Positions 1-8,046 are shown, numbered from the stretch's first letter. The stretch is 21,261 nt of DNA from Planctomycetota bacterium (GCA_045863855.1 BTVV01000107.1:1-21261); one strand, 5' to 3'. Program-made: numbers and translations. The notes: generated by a model from the sequence alone, not told the origin.

Positions 1-123
1 GACACCCAGGCTCCGAAGCGTTGGCGGCTCGAGTACGGGTTCGCCTTGCGGGCGACTGGCGTTCTCGGCGTAGGCTGCGCAAGCGAATAGAGACACGAAG
101 AGGATCGTAAGAGTTAAGCGCAC
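1..123 (-). CDS. 5' end of a secreted protein (partial, runs off the window)
   Basis: Not in the ORF track; read by hand. GTG at 123 with AAGGAG 7 nt upstream (131-136). Translates MRLTLTILFVSLFACAAYA|ENASRPQGEPVLEPPTLRSLGV..., a Sec signal peptide with an AxA cleavage site. Open to the window edge. Confidence 0.8.
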   Translation of the reverse strand, partial: MRLTLTILFVSLFACAAYAENASRPQGEPVLEPPTLRSLGV

Positions 124-200
124 GAGAAATCTCCTTTATCGTATCCTACACCACAAGCCGACGATAAACCGAATCCACTATTCGCCTTTCGGCGCCATGG

Positions 201-249
201 AAACGAAAAGGGCGAGCGGCCGCTTGGGTTGTCGGCAGCGCTCGCCCTT
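201..249 (-). terminator. Rho-independent terminator after the 737-aa gene
   Basis: 11-bp inverted repeat AAGGGCGAGCG (208-218) / CGCTCGCCCTT (239-249), followed on the minus strand by TTCGTTT. Starts about 20 nt after the stop at 270. Confidence 0.75.
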
Positions 250-269
250 CGGATTCCTCGAACAGGCGG

Positions 270-2483
270 TCAAGGAGCGCGTTCCAGCGTGATGGATTTC
301 ATCAGCGGCTTGGTTTCGCACTTAATGGTGTACGTTTCGGACTCGCTCTTGGCGATGTGCTCGTGCTTCTTCTCCTGCCCGTTCTCTTCCCATACGTAGG
401 TAATCTTAATGGGAGCGAAGCCGCCATGGGGCTCGGCGTAATCGGCGTCGATCCGGTAGTGCAACAATCCGGTCGCGTTGCGGTTCGTGCCGCTGTAGCG
501 AATCCAGCATTTCTTTTGCCCTGCCTTGACGCCTTCGAAGGTGAAGTAGTCGCTGATCGCTGCGGTCGGCCCGGGCAGGCGGTGAATCTTTTCGAAATTT
601 TCTCCGTCGTAGCTGATCGATACATCCCAGCCGTCGTTCTTGTCGCGCGCCCGGAAGTGCGTGCCCAATCGGATGCGCTTGAGTTCGCCGGGCGTTTCGA
701 TGGCATGGGTGAGCGAACCTTCGCCGCCTTCGATAAAGAGCGGCCCGTCGCGAAGATTTTTAATCTCGGGTTTGAAGGCGGAATAGTGCAGCACGTTATG
801 CTTCTTCGATTCTTGGGCCGAGAGGTTGGGCTCGATGGTGAGCGTACCTTCCTGGGGCCCGCTGCGGAACGTGATCGTATTCTCGCCGGTATCGAGCGCC
901 GGGAGCGGTCGCTGTGAATGCTGGACGTCGTGGTGCAGAACCAGCGCGGAAAGGCCGGTACCCGCGCCCTTGAGCACGAAACGGACCCGGTATTGATACC
1001 GGCGCAGCAGCGCGTCGCTGAGATCCAGGTCCTGCGAGCCGCTTTGCGTGATGTTGGCAAATTCTTTCCATTCGATGCCGTGCGTATCGGAGTAACTAAC
1101 GGCGATGGAGCCGCCGTTGCCGACCATTGCATCGAAGCGTACGTGCGACTGCAGGAACACGTAACTGGTGTTCACGGGAATGATGAGTTCGGCGGGCTGC
1201 GCGGCGTCCTTGACGAGCACCTCGGCGCCTTGCGCGCCTTCGCTCTTGGCATGCAGATTCTCGGCCTTTAGCGCGCCGCCGCGGAAAGCTCCGCTGGCCA
1301 ATGGTACCGTGTAGATGTGCTCGCCATTACCAATGCGGCCGGGAGCCAGGTCGCCTTGTTTGGGGCTGTAGCGGAGGTTATCTGTTCCAATTTTTTGCGT
1401 GAGGCAACCGGGCGTGCCGCCGCCGAACTTGCGGTTCACGTGCAGGCCTTTGTTCGACCAATTGCGGATCAGTTTTTCACCATGGCGGAGTTGGATATTA
1501 ACTCGATAGCCCATGGCGGTGCCGTATTCGTAAATCTGGTTGGGCTCGACGTCGTATTCCTGCATCGTGCTGTACCAGCCGTGCGTGGCGGCTGGGAACC
1601 AGCCGCGTTCGTCGTACTGCTGGCAGCCGTGCAGAATCTCGGGGCCGTTCTTCCACCCCTTCTCCTTCATGTATTTATAGAGCGCGTCGTTATTGCCGGC
1701 CAAACCGGGGTTCTTCTTCAGCCATCCGCGCACACCCGCGATCAGCTCGTCAACGGATGCGAATTTTCCGTCGGGCTGCGGGAAGTAACAGATCAACGAA
1801 CCGTCGAGCAGTGACCAGTGCCCGTCAATCTCCACTTCCGGCACGCTGTGGGAGTTGATAATTCGGCCGCGCGCCTTAAGCCCGGAGGCACGGGAGAGCG
1901 CTTCGATGTTGGAGGAAGCGCTGTTGCACATTGCGTATCCGTATACGTTGAATATTTTGATCGGATCCATCTGGCTGGCGACGCCGAGATACTCGTCGGG
2001 TGGCGTCTCCTGGTGCTGGTACGTGAAGCAAGAGTCCCAAGCGATAAGCGCGCGTTCCTTCTCGGAAAGTCCTTCTTTTAAGTAGGACTTCTTCCATGCT
2101 TCAATGCTGGAGATGTCCTTCACTTTATCGGAAAGGATGAACACGTTGCTGACGATGCCCGGTCCGCCTGGCGCGGCGGTTTCGGGACCTTTGACGACCA
2201 CGATGGACTCGCCCGGTCCCGCTTTCGCGCGCAGACCCAGAGGCGCGAGCACTTCTTCAAGCTGCGCGCGCGCGGATCCGGCCTTGGGCGCCGCGGCAAG
2301 CTTCAGGTCCGGTGACACCAGTGCGTCGCTGTAAACGAGTTTAAGTCCGCTTGCTTGAAGCGTACGTAGCGCATCGCCCAGCGGCATGCCGGCTTGCAGT
2401 TCGGCGGCGCGTGCCTCTTGGGCGCAAATGACCACTGCAGCCAGGAGCACCGCGAAACCCAGATTCCCGATCTTGCTCTTCAT
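270..2483 (-). CDS. Secreted protein: signal peptide + STN-like (Secretin/TonB N-terminal) signalling domain + transglutaminase-like Cys-His-Asp domain + beta-rich C-terminal region
   Basis: GAGGAG RBS. Signal peptide aa 1-26 (AQEARA|AE). Aa ~31-98 (PLGDALRTLQASGLKLVYSDALV...ARAQLEEVLAPLGLRAKAGPGESIVVVK) follow the STN pattern. GYAMC186, INSH212SVPEV and GHWSLLD227GS follow transglutaminase-core spacing. The protein ends SITLERAP, with no terminal Phe/Trp. Confidence 0.75.
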   Translation of the reverse strand: MKSKIGNLGFAVLLAAVVICAQEARAAELQAGMPLGDALRTLQASGLKLVYSDALVSPDLKLAAAPKAGSARAQLEEVLAPLGLRAKAGPGESIVVVKGPETAAPGGPGIVSNVFILSDKVKDISSIEAWKKSYLKEGLSEKERALIAWDSCFTYQHQETPPDEYLGVASQMDPIKIFNVYGYAMCNSASSNIEALSRASGLKARGRIINSHSVPEVEIDGHWSLLDGSLICYFPQPDGKFASVDELIAGVRGWLKKNPGLAGNNDALYKYMKEKGWKNGPEILHGCQQYDERGWFPAATHGWYSTMQEYDVEPNQIYEYGTAMGYRVNIQLRHGEKLIRNWSNKGLHVNRKFGGGTPGCLTQKIGTDNLRYSPKQGDLAPGRIGNGEHIYTVPLASGAFRGGALKAENLHAKSEGAQGAEVLVKDAAQPAELIIPVNTSYVFLQSHVRFDAMVGNGGSIAVSYSDTHGIEWKEFANITQSGSQDLDLSDALLRRYQYRVRFVLKGAGTGLSALVLHHDVQHSQRPLPALDTGENTITFRSGPQEGTLTIEPNLSAQESKKHNVLHYSAFKPEIKNLRDGPLFIEGGEGSLTHAIETPGELKRIRLGTHFRARDKNDGWDVSISYDGENFEKIHRLPGPTAAISDYFTFEGVKAGQKKCWIRYSGTNRNATGLLHYRIDADYAEPHGGFAPIKITYVWEENGQEKKHEHIAKSESETYTIKCETKPLMKSITLERAP

Positions 2484-2534
2484 GATCGACTCCTCATCTC
2501 TATTTAACAGGCCACGATCCCACTGAATTACTTC

Positions 2535-3536
2535 CTACTGATTACTCCGTTGAATCAAAAGCGTTCCATTTTCTTCACTAAATTCAAGTCCGCATGAAGC
2601 CAGTACAGCGCTGCAAGCCTCACGAGGCGTTAAACCGCGCACTGAGCCGTGCAGCCGCACCGACAGCACGTTCGAGCGCTGGTCTGGAATGGTCCAGCGA
2701 ACTTCGAGCGCCGTTTCGCGTGCAGCCCAAGCCAGAAATTCGCCGAGGGTGCGTCCTTCCAATTCGAAAGGAGGCGCGGCTTCTTGCACCCAACCCCATT
2801 CGGGTCCGTTGAGCGCGATCTCGCGCCGCGCGTACTTTCCAGCGGCATCTAGGTTAAGTTCGGTACCGGCTTGCGCGGACTCGACGCGGCCTTCACGGCT
2901 TAAGTCCACGCGGCCTTCACGCACGCGAACGCGTAAATCCGATTCGCCCAGACGCACCTCGAACTGCGTTCCGACGTCCCGAGCAATCCCGTGGCGCGTG
3001 CGAACCTCCACGGGCGCCGCGTCTTTGACGCCATCCGTGTCGATATAAACGGCCCCGCGATCGAGCTGCACCGTCCCGGCAGCCAGCAAGCGCACGCGTG
3101 TTTCGGCATCGAGCCGAAGGGAGGCGCCACCGGCCAAGCGCAGTGCCGCGCGGCTTTCCGATGGGGTGCTGAGCGATGCTCCGCCGAAAAGTTCGGCGCC
3201 TAGATCCAGTGCTTGGGCGCGTTGGGTGCCGGGCTGTTCGAGGCGAACGGGTCCGGTAGCGCTTTCAAGCGTGGCAACGACTCCTGCCGACTCCGGATCG
3301 TCTCCGGTGCGCAGCACTAAAAAGAGGAGCGCCGCGGTAGCCAAAGGAGCGAAAGCAAAGCTCCAGCGGACGATCCGCCGCCGGCGCACCGCGCGCTGCC
3401 ATTCGTCTCGGACCACGCGTCGGACACGCGCAGCACGCTCCTTCGGAACTTCGGGACGCGGACCTGCGGCGCGAAGCAACCGCGCAAGCGGGTCACGGGG
3501 CGTTTCTGGGTTGCCATTCGTCGGCGCTGGCATCAC
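2535..3536 (-). CDS. FecR-family anti-sigma factor / transmembrane signal transducer
   Basis: Basic cytoplasmic N-terminus and one TM helix (WSFAFAPLATAALLFLVL). FecR motifs: LRLDAETRVRL, VQLDRGAVYID, VEVRT, DVGTQFEVR, VRVREGRVDL. C-terminal FecR_C/STN-like domain (LEGRTLGEFLAWAARE...GTLLIQ). Start GTG 3536 or ATG 3533. Lies directly downstream of an ECF sigma gene. Confidence 0.92.
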   Translation of the reverse strand: MMPAPTNGNPETPRDPLARLLRAAGPRPEVPKERAARVRRVVRDEWQRAVRRRRIVRWSFAFAPLATAALLFLVLRTGDDPESAGVVATLESATGPVRLEQPGTQRAQALDLGAELFGGASLSTPSESRAALRLAGGASLRLDAETRVRLLAAGTVQLDRGAVYIDTDGVKDAAPVEVRTRHGIARDVGTQFEVRLGESDLRVRVREGRVDLSREGRVESAQAGTELNLDAAGKYARREIALNGPEWGWVQEAAPPFELEGRTLGEFLAWAARETALEVRWTIPDQRSNVLSVRLHGSVRGLTPREACSAVLASCGLEFSEENGTLLIQRSNQ

Positions 3537-3702
3537 TTGTGTGTCCGCTTCCTTATAGGTGCTGCATTTTCGACTGAACGGCGAACGTAATTTAAGCCAA
3601 ACGAAAGTGCACTGGCTTATTATGCTGAGTACCTGGGGCTTCTAAATCCTTCGCAATAACCATGGCGTTTATTATTCCATGCAGTGCACACGATACAAAG
3701 GC

Positions 3703-4365
3703 TCATGGCTCCAGATCGGCCTGACCTCCGCATACGGCGGCGAATCCGTCGCGAAAAGCGAGCCGCGCGCGCGTCAAGAGAGATTCGGCGGCTTTGGCGC
3801 TGACTTGCAGCCGCTGCGCGATCTCGTTAACGCTGATGTCCTCCACGTACTTCCATTCCAGCACATCGCCGTAGTGCCCCGGGAGCCGTTCCAGCACCAA
3901 TCGGATGAGCGAAGCCAGTTCTTGCTTCCGTGCGGCGCCTTCGGGGCTGGTATCGCCCGCGAGCGAGTCGAGCGCGGCTTGAACTTCCTCAAGGTCTTCG
4001 ACTCCACCCAAGGCTTGGGGCTGCCTGCCGCGCTTGCGGCCATAGGCAGAGATTTCGTGGCGGCAGAACGTGCAGAGCCATGTGAAGAGCGGTGCTTCGC
4101 CTCGGTACGTATGTAGTTTGCGAAGCACTTCGCAGAGCGTAGCCTGCACGATCTCCTCTGCGGCATCGGCATCGTAGTTCACCCGAATCAACGTAAATCG
4201 GAATAGCCCGGGGAAGTAGGTTTGAAAGAGGCTTTCAAATGCTGCATCTTCGCCCGAGAGTACTCGGCGCGCAAGGCCCAAATCTCCCAGCGCCGACCGG
4301 CTCACTTGGCCCTCCCGCTCTCGCTCACCCTTTGGAGGTTGGATCGGAGGCTTCTCCTTCGCCAC
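3703..4365 (-). CDS. ECF sigma-70 family RNA polymerase sigma factor (FecI-position partner of FecR)
   Basis: Region 2 (AFESLFQTYFPGLFRF...AEEIVQATL...YRGEAPLFTWLCTF) and region 4 (LERLPGHYGDVLEWKYVEDISVNEIAQRLQVSAKAAESLLTRARLAFR). GTG start is uncertain. Confidence 0.93.
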   Translation of the reverse strand: MAKEKPPIQPPKGEREREGQVSRSALGDLGLARRVLSGEDAAFESLFQTYFPGLFRFTLIRVNYDADAAEEIVQATLCEVLRKLHTYRGEAPLFTWLCTFCRHEISAYGRKRGRQPQALGGVEDLEEVQAALDSLAGDTSPEGAARKQELASLIRLVLERLPGHYGDVLEWKYVEDISVNEIAQRLQVSAKAAESLLTRARLAFRDGFAAVCGGQADLEP

Positions 4366-4398
4366 TCGTATAATATTCCTAAGCTAAGGACAGTGCGG

Positions 4399-4438
4399 TG
4401 GTTAGACCAATGGTTAGACAGTGACCAGAAATATACCA
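4399..4438. promoter_or_regulatory. Tandem TGGT-N3-ACCA operator-like sites next to an extended -10 promoter for the ECF sigma gene
   Basis: TGGTTAGACCA at 4399-4409 (dyad) and TGGTTAGACAG at 4411-4421. Minus-strand TGgTATATT (4430-4438) is a TGn-extended -10 hexamer just upstream of them. TGGT-N3-ACCA is the GntR/FadR-subfamily operator type. Confidence 0.5.
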
Positions 4439-4603
4439 CAAGGTGCAGGTTTGACGAACGATTTACTAGATTGGGGCGTAGGTTGGGTGAGACTGGTAGC
4501 AGGTGTTCTCATGGCTAGATAGATAAGGTGAGCACGAGTCCCAAGACGGGACATGGTCTAGCCGTTTTCCGGTTTCGAAGGTTCGGATCGCGGGAACTTT
4601 CTC

Positions 4604-5950
4604 ATGACGGTGCTGCCGACGGTTCGCGCGTACTTGGTTCGCCGATTGGCGGGCGTTCTGCGCGGATGGCGGGGCATGCCCAAGCTGGATTCGACGAAGG
4701 AAGTCGACCCGCGTTACTTTCGCTACAGCACAATCGCCAAACACGGCTGGGTCTTATACGTCACTCGGCTGACCCAGGCGGGGCGTTGGTTTCTTTGGCC
4801 CACCCTTTTGTGGGCTGGATACAGCGGAACTTCCCTCGATCTTCAGATGTACATCCCGTTTTGCTACGCTTTCAGCATGTGGGGCGTGGCGTTTGTGGCG
4901 GCTTGGTGGTTCAAACCGCAGGCGGAGTTGAAGGTGCACCGAGCCGAACGCATACGTGCGGGCATGAAGTTGGCGATCGACGCGGAAGTGACACCCACCG
5001 GAAAGCGCGCCTCGACGGACTGGTACCTCTCGGCGCACCGGCTTCCGGCCGCGCTGGATGCGACCGAGCCGGAAGGGCTTCCGCTGGCCGTTCGCGCGCC
5101 TGGCGAATCGCAGCGCGTACGCTTGGGGCTTGTCGCATCCAAGCGCGGAGCGTATCGATTGCCGGCTTGGCGCGTGGAGACCGATTTTCCCTTCGGATTG
5201 ATGAGGGCGTACCGGGTGTACCCCGATGAGCGCCCTTTGCTGGTGTATCCGCGCTTTCGCGCGCTTACGCAGATGGACCTTCCGGTGGGGCGGCGCTACC
5301 AGCCAGGAGGAGTCGCGCTCGCCAGCCACATCGGCGACAGTATGGAGTACAAGGGCAATCGAGAGTACCGCGAAGGCGACAACGTCCGCAACATCGACTG
5401 GCGTGCGACCGCACGGTTGGGCGTGCCGATCATGCGCGAGTACCGCGAGGAGTTCTTTTTCCGCGTCGGCCTGATCCTCGACACGCATGTGCCCGCACTG
5501 GCGCCGGATGCGCGCCACGGCGCGTTCGAACAATCGGTCGCGCTTAGTGCGGCCGTCAGCGACTATCTCTCTCGAAAGGATTACCTCGTCGACCTTTTCG
5601 CGGCAGGGCCGAACCTGTACCACTTGATGGCCGGCCGCAGCTTGGCCTATTTGGAGCAGATTCTGGATATCCTGGCGTGCGTGGAGTCCAGTCCCGACGA
5701 GCCGTTCGATATTCTCGAGCCCGCACTGGCGGCGCATCTGGAACAGCTCAGCACGGTCATCTGCGTATTCATGGATTGGGACGAACGGCGGCGCTCATTT
5801 GTGTATGGCTTAGCCGGCCAGGGATCTGCGGTGAAGGTGATCATCGTGCGCCAAGGGCCTTGTACGCTGGATCCGGCGGGCGAAGGGCGTGCGCTGGGTG
5901 AAATCATCGTACTGGCGCCCGAAGAAGTAGAGATGGTGGAGATGCTGTAG
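4604..5950 (+). CDS. DUF58 domain-containing membrane protein (MoxR-associated)
   Basis: Two N-terminal hydrophobic segments, an Ig-like segment (RGAYRL...DFPFGL...LLVYPR), the DUF58 signature EYKGNREYREGDNVRNIDWRATAR, then a vWA-like LILDT...FEQSVALSAAV region. Confidence 0.92.
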   Translation: MTVLPTVRAYLVRRLAGVLRGWRGMPKLDSTKEVDPRYFRYSTIAKHGWVLYVTRLTQAGRWFLWPTLLWAGYSGTSLDLQMYIPFCYAFSMWGVAFVAAWWFKPQAELKVHRAERIRAGMKLAIDAEVTPTGKRASTDWYLSAHRLPAALDATEPEGLPLAVRAPGESQRVRLGLVASKRGAYRLPAWRVETDFPFGLMRAYRVYPDERPLLVYPRFRALTQMDLPVGRRYQPGGVALASHIGDSMEYKGNREYREGDNVRNIDWRATARLGVPIMREYREEFFFRVGLILDTHVPALAPDARHGAFEQSVALSAAVSDYLSRKDYLVDLFAAGPNLYHLMAGRSLAYLEQILDILACVESSPDEPFDILEPALAAHLEQLSTVICVFMDWDERRRSFVYGLAGQGSAVKVIIVRQGPCTLDPAGEGRALGEIIVLAPEEVEMVEML

Positions 5951-5998
5951 CGAACTTGTTCGAGACTTTGCAATTCATTCGGAAGACGAGACACAGGC

Positions 5999-7987
5999 AT
6001 GCGTGCGATCGCCTTGGAGAGCGAAAGGTCAGACCGGGATACCACCGTATCCTGGTGGGTGTTGGGGGTCGCGGGGGTGGCTTACTTCGCGGTCGCGGTT
6101 GGCGGCGGGCAAGCGCCGTTGATGGGTGTATTGGGGCTGGCCCTGATCCTCACCAAGCTGACGCCCGCGCGCCTGGCCCGAGGATCCTGGACGGCTTGGT
6201 TGCTGCGCGTTCCGATTTTCGGCGGGATCGTATTTCTCAATATCGTGCTCCCGGACATTCATTACGGGCATGGGCTGTACAGTTCGGCTGTAGTTACGGC
6301 CGTTGCCGAACTTTTGAGCGCCGAGTTGGCGGTCCAGGCTTGGCGCGAGCGGCCGGCCGGCGGGAGGCGCGGCCCGGCCATCCTGTTTCTCTCCGGTGTC
6401 GTGTTGCTGCTGGCGTGCAATACGTTCGACTACCGCTGGTTGCGCTGGCTGGTGCCGCTGTACGCGCTGATGACGATTCCGGCGCTGCGTAGTCTGCGCA
6501 TACGGAAGACCGATTCGGGCGGCCTTTCGCGGCGAGCGTGGCTGGCGCGCGGCGCGGCTTTGACGCTCTCGCTGTGCATCGGCGCCGGAACGTACTTTAG
6601 CCTTTGGGCTTATCGCGCGGAGATTTCGCGCCTAGGCCGCGATCTGCTTTCGGGATGGCAGCGGCGCTCCATCGGACTGACCGGTTCGCCGCGTCTGGGC
6701 GACCGGATGAGTCTGGAGCGGAGCTTGACGCGCATGCTGCGCCTTGAAGGTCCGATCGAAACTACCCATTTGCGCGCCGCTTCGTTCGAGACGTACCTGG
6801 GCGGACGCTGGCTGCCGCCGCTGCAGGACTTGGAGCTGATCCCGACGGACATTTCGGAACTGTCGGTCACGGGCCAGCAATCCCAAGTACAAGTTACGCG
6901 GCTGGTGGACGAACTTGCGTTTCTTCCCGCCCCGTTGCATTGCGCCGAGGTGCGGCCTACGCGCACCCGGCAGGTCCAGCGCGGCCTCCGCGATCCCGGA
7001 TTGCTGCGGCTCACGATGCCGGCCCCGTATACGTACACATTCGCGCTCTCGAATCATGCGAACCACCAAGGCCCGCTGGCTCCACCGATCGATACCGAAC
7101 GCCGCTCTCTCTGTCTGGCCGTCCCCGAGGGGCTCGACGGCAGACTGTATGCTTTGGCGCGAACGATCTTTGCCGGAAAGCAAGACGCGCGGGAGAAAAT
7201 TGCGGCGGTGATCGGTCATTTGGCCGCCCATCACAAGTACTCGCTTAACGCCGACCGCATGCACGGGGATCCGGTTGTCACGTTTTTACTCGAAGGCAAA
7301 GACGGGCATTGCGAATACTTCGCGAGTGCGGCCGTGTTGTTGTTGCGCTTGGGCCGCATACCGGCGCGATACACCATGGGCTTTTATGCCCACGAACGCG
7401 ACGGGGATGGAATGCTGGTCCGGCAGCAGGATGCGCACGCCTGGGCCGAAGCGTGGGTGGAAGGAACGGGCTGGGTGACGGTGGAGGCGACGCCTGGAGG
7501 CGGATTGCCCGATCAGATCGCTCAAGCGCCGTCCTGGCCGCGACGGTTGTACGAACACCTCCACGACCTGATTCTGGCATTCGGCGATTGGTGGATGAAT
7601 TTAAGCTGGTTGCAGATCGGCTTGACCTTCGGCGTGCTTGCGGCTTTGGTCATCACCTACCTTTGGTTGCGCGAATGGCTTGCTCGGCGCTGGGCCGCCT
7701 TGAAAGTAGTGCGGATTTCCTACACACCGGCGGACGAGTCGCTGCGCCAGTTGGGCGCGCGTTTCGAACGCTGGCTGAAGCGGCGCGGATTCCCCTGCCC
7801 CGAAGCGCGGCCCTGGAGCGAGCATTTGGAGGTGCTGGGGCGCGAACCGGAAGCGCTCCGGCGCGTAAAAGCCGAGGATTGGGAAGCTGCGCGCGCATTT
7901 GCCGAGGTCTATGCTCGCGCGCGATTCGGCAGGTCAAGCGAGGCCTTGATGGAATTGCAAGACCGGTTGCGAGGGATGGGCGGATAG
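5999..7987 (+). CDS. TgpA-like polytopic membrane protein with transglutaminase-like domain (DUF3488 + Transglut_core, probable DUF4129 tail)
   Basis: About 6 N-terminal TM segments. GHC438EYFASAAVLLLRLGRIPARYTMGF, DAH480AWAEAWVEGTGWVTVE496ATP. Then one more TM and a C-terminal FAEVYARARFG motif. Confidence 0.92.
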   Translation: MRAIALESERSDRDTTVSWWVLGVAGVAYFAVAVGGGQAPLMGVLGLALILTKLTPARLARGSWTAWLLRVPIFGGIVFLNIVLPDIHYGHGLYSSAVVTAVAELLSAELAVQAWRERPAGGRRGPAILFLSGVVLLLACNTFDYRWLRWLVPLYALMTIPALRSLRIRKTDSGGLSRRAWLARGAALTLSLCIGAGTYFSLWAYRAEISRLGRDLLSGWQRRSIGLTGSPRLGDRMSLERSLTRMLRLEGPIETTHLRAASFETYLGGRWLPPLQDLELIPTDISELSVTGQQSQVQVTRLVDELAFLPAPLHCAEVRPTRTRQVQRGLRDPGLLRLTMPAPYTYTFALSNHANHQGPLAPPIDTERRSLCLAVPEGLDGRLYALARTIFAGKQDAREKIAAVIGHLAAHHKYSLNADRMHGDPVVTFLLEGKDGHCEYFASAAVLLLRLGRIPARYTMGFYAHERDGDGMLVRQQDAHAWAEAWVEGTGWVTVEATPGGGLPDQIAQAPSWPRRLYEHLHDLILAFGDWWMNLSWLQIGLTFGVLAALVITYLWLREWLARRWAALKVVRISYTPADESLRQLGARFERWLKRRGFPCPEARPWSEHLEVLGREPEALRRVKAEDWEAARAFAEVYARARFGRSSEALMELQDRLRGMGG

Positions 7988-8046
7988 GCCGCGGTGCGGC
8001 GACGAGAAGGCCTGATCCCAAGAGGGTGGCCAAGAAAGGAATGTTC

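Noticed and set aside
270..2483. TonB-dependent receptor (fecA) call based on gene position and N-terminal domain
   Set aside because: No plug or barrel pattern, no terminal aromatic residue, and a transglutaminase-like core is present instead.
4399..4440. Short repeats as a possible CRISPR remnant or mobile-element end
   Set aside because: The repeats are only 9-11 nt with no spacers, and no cas, transposase or integrase gene is nearby. Operator sites explain them better.
7309..8040. N-terminal extension making MoxR 566 aa
   Set aside because: It overlaps the TgpA-like gene in another frame and is an Arg/Ala-rich shadow sequence. The RBS lies at 8035-8040.
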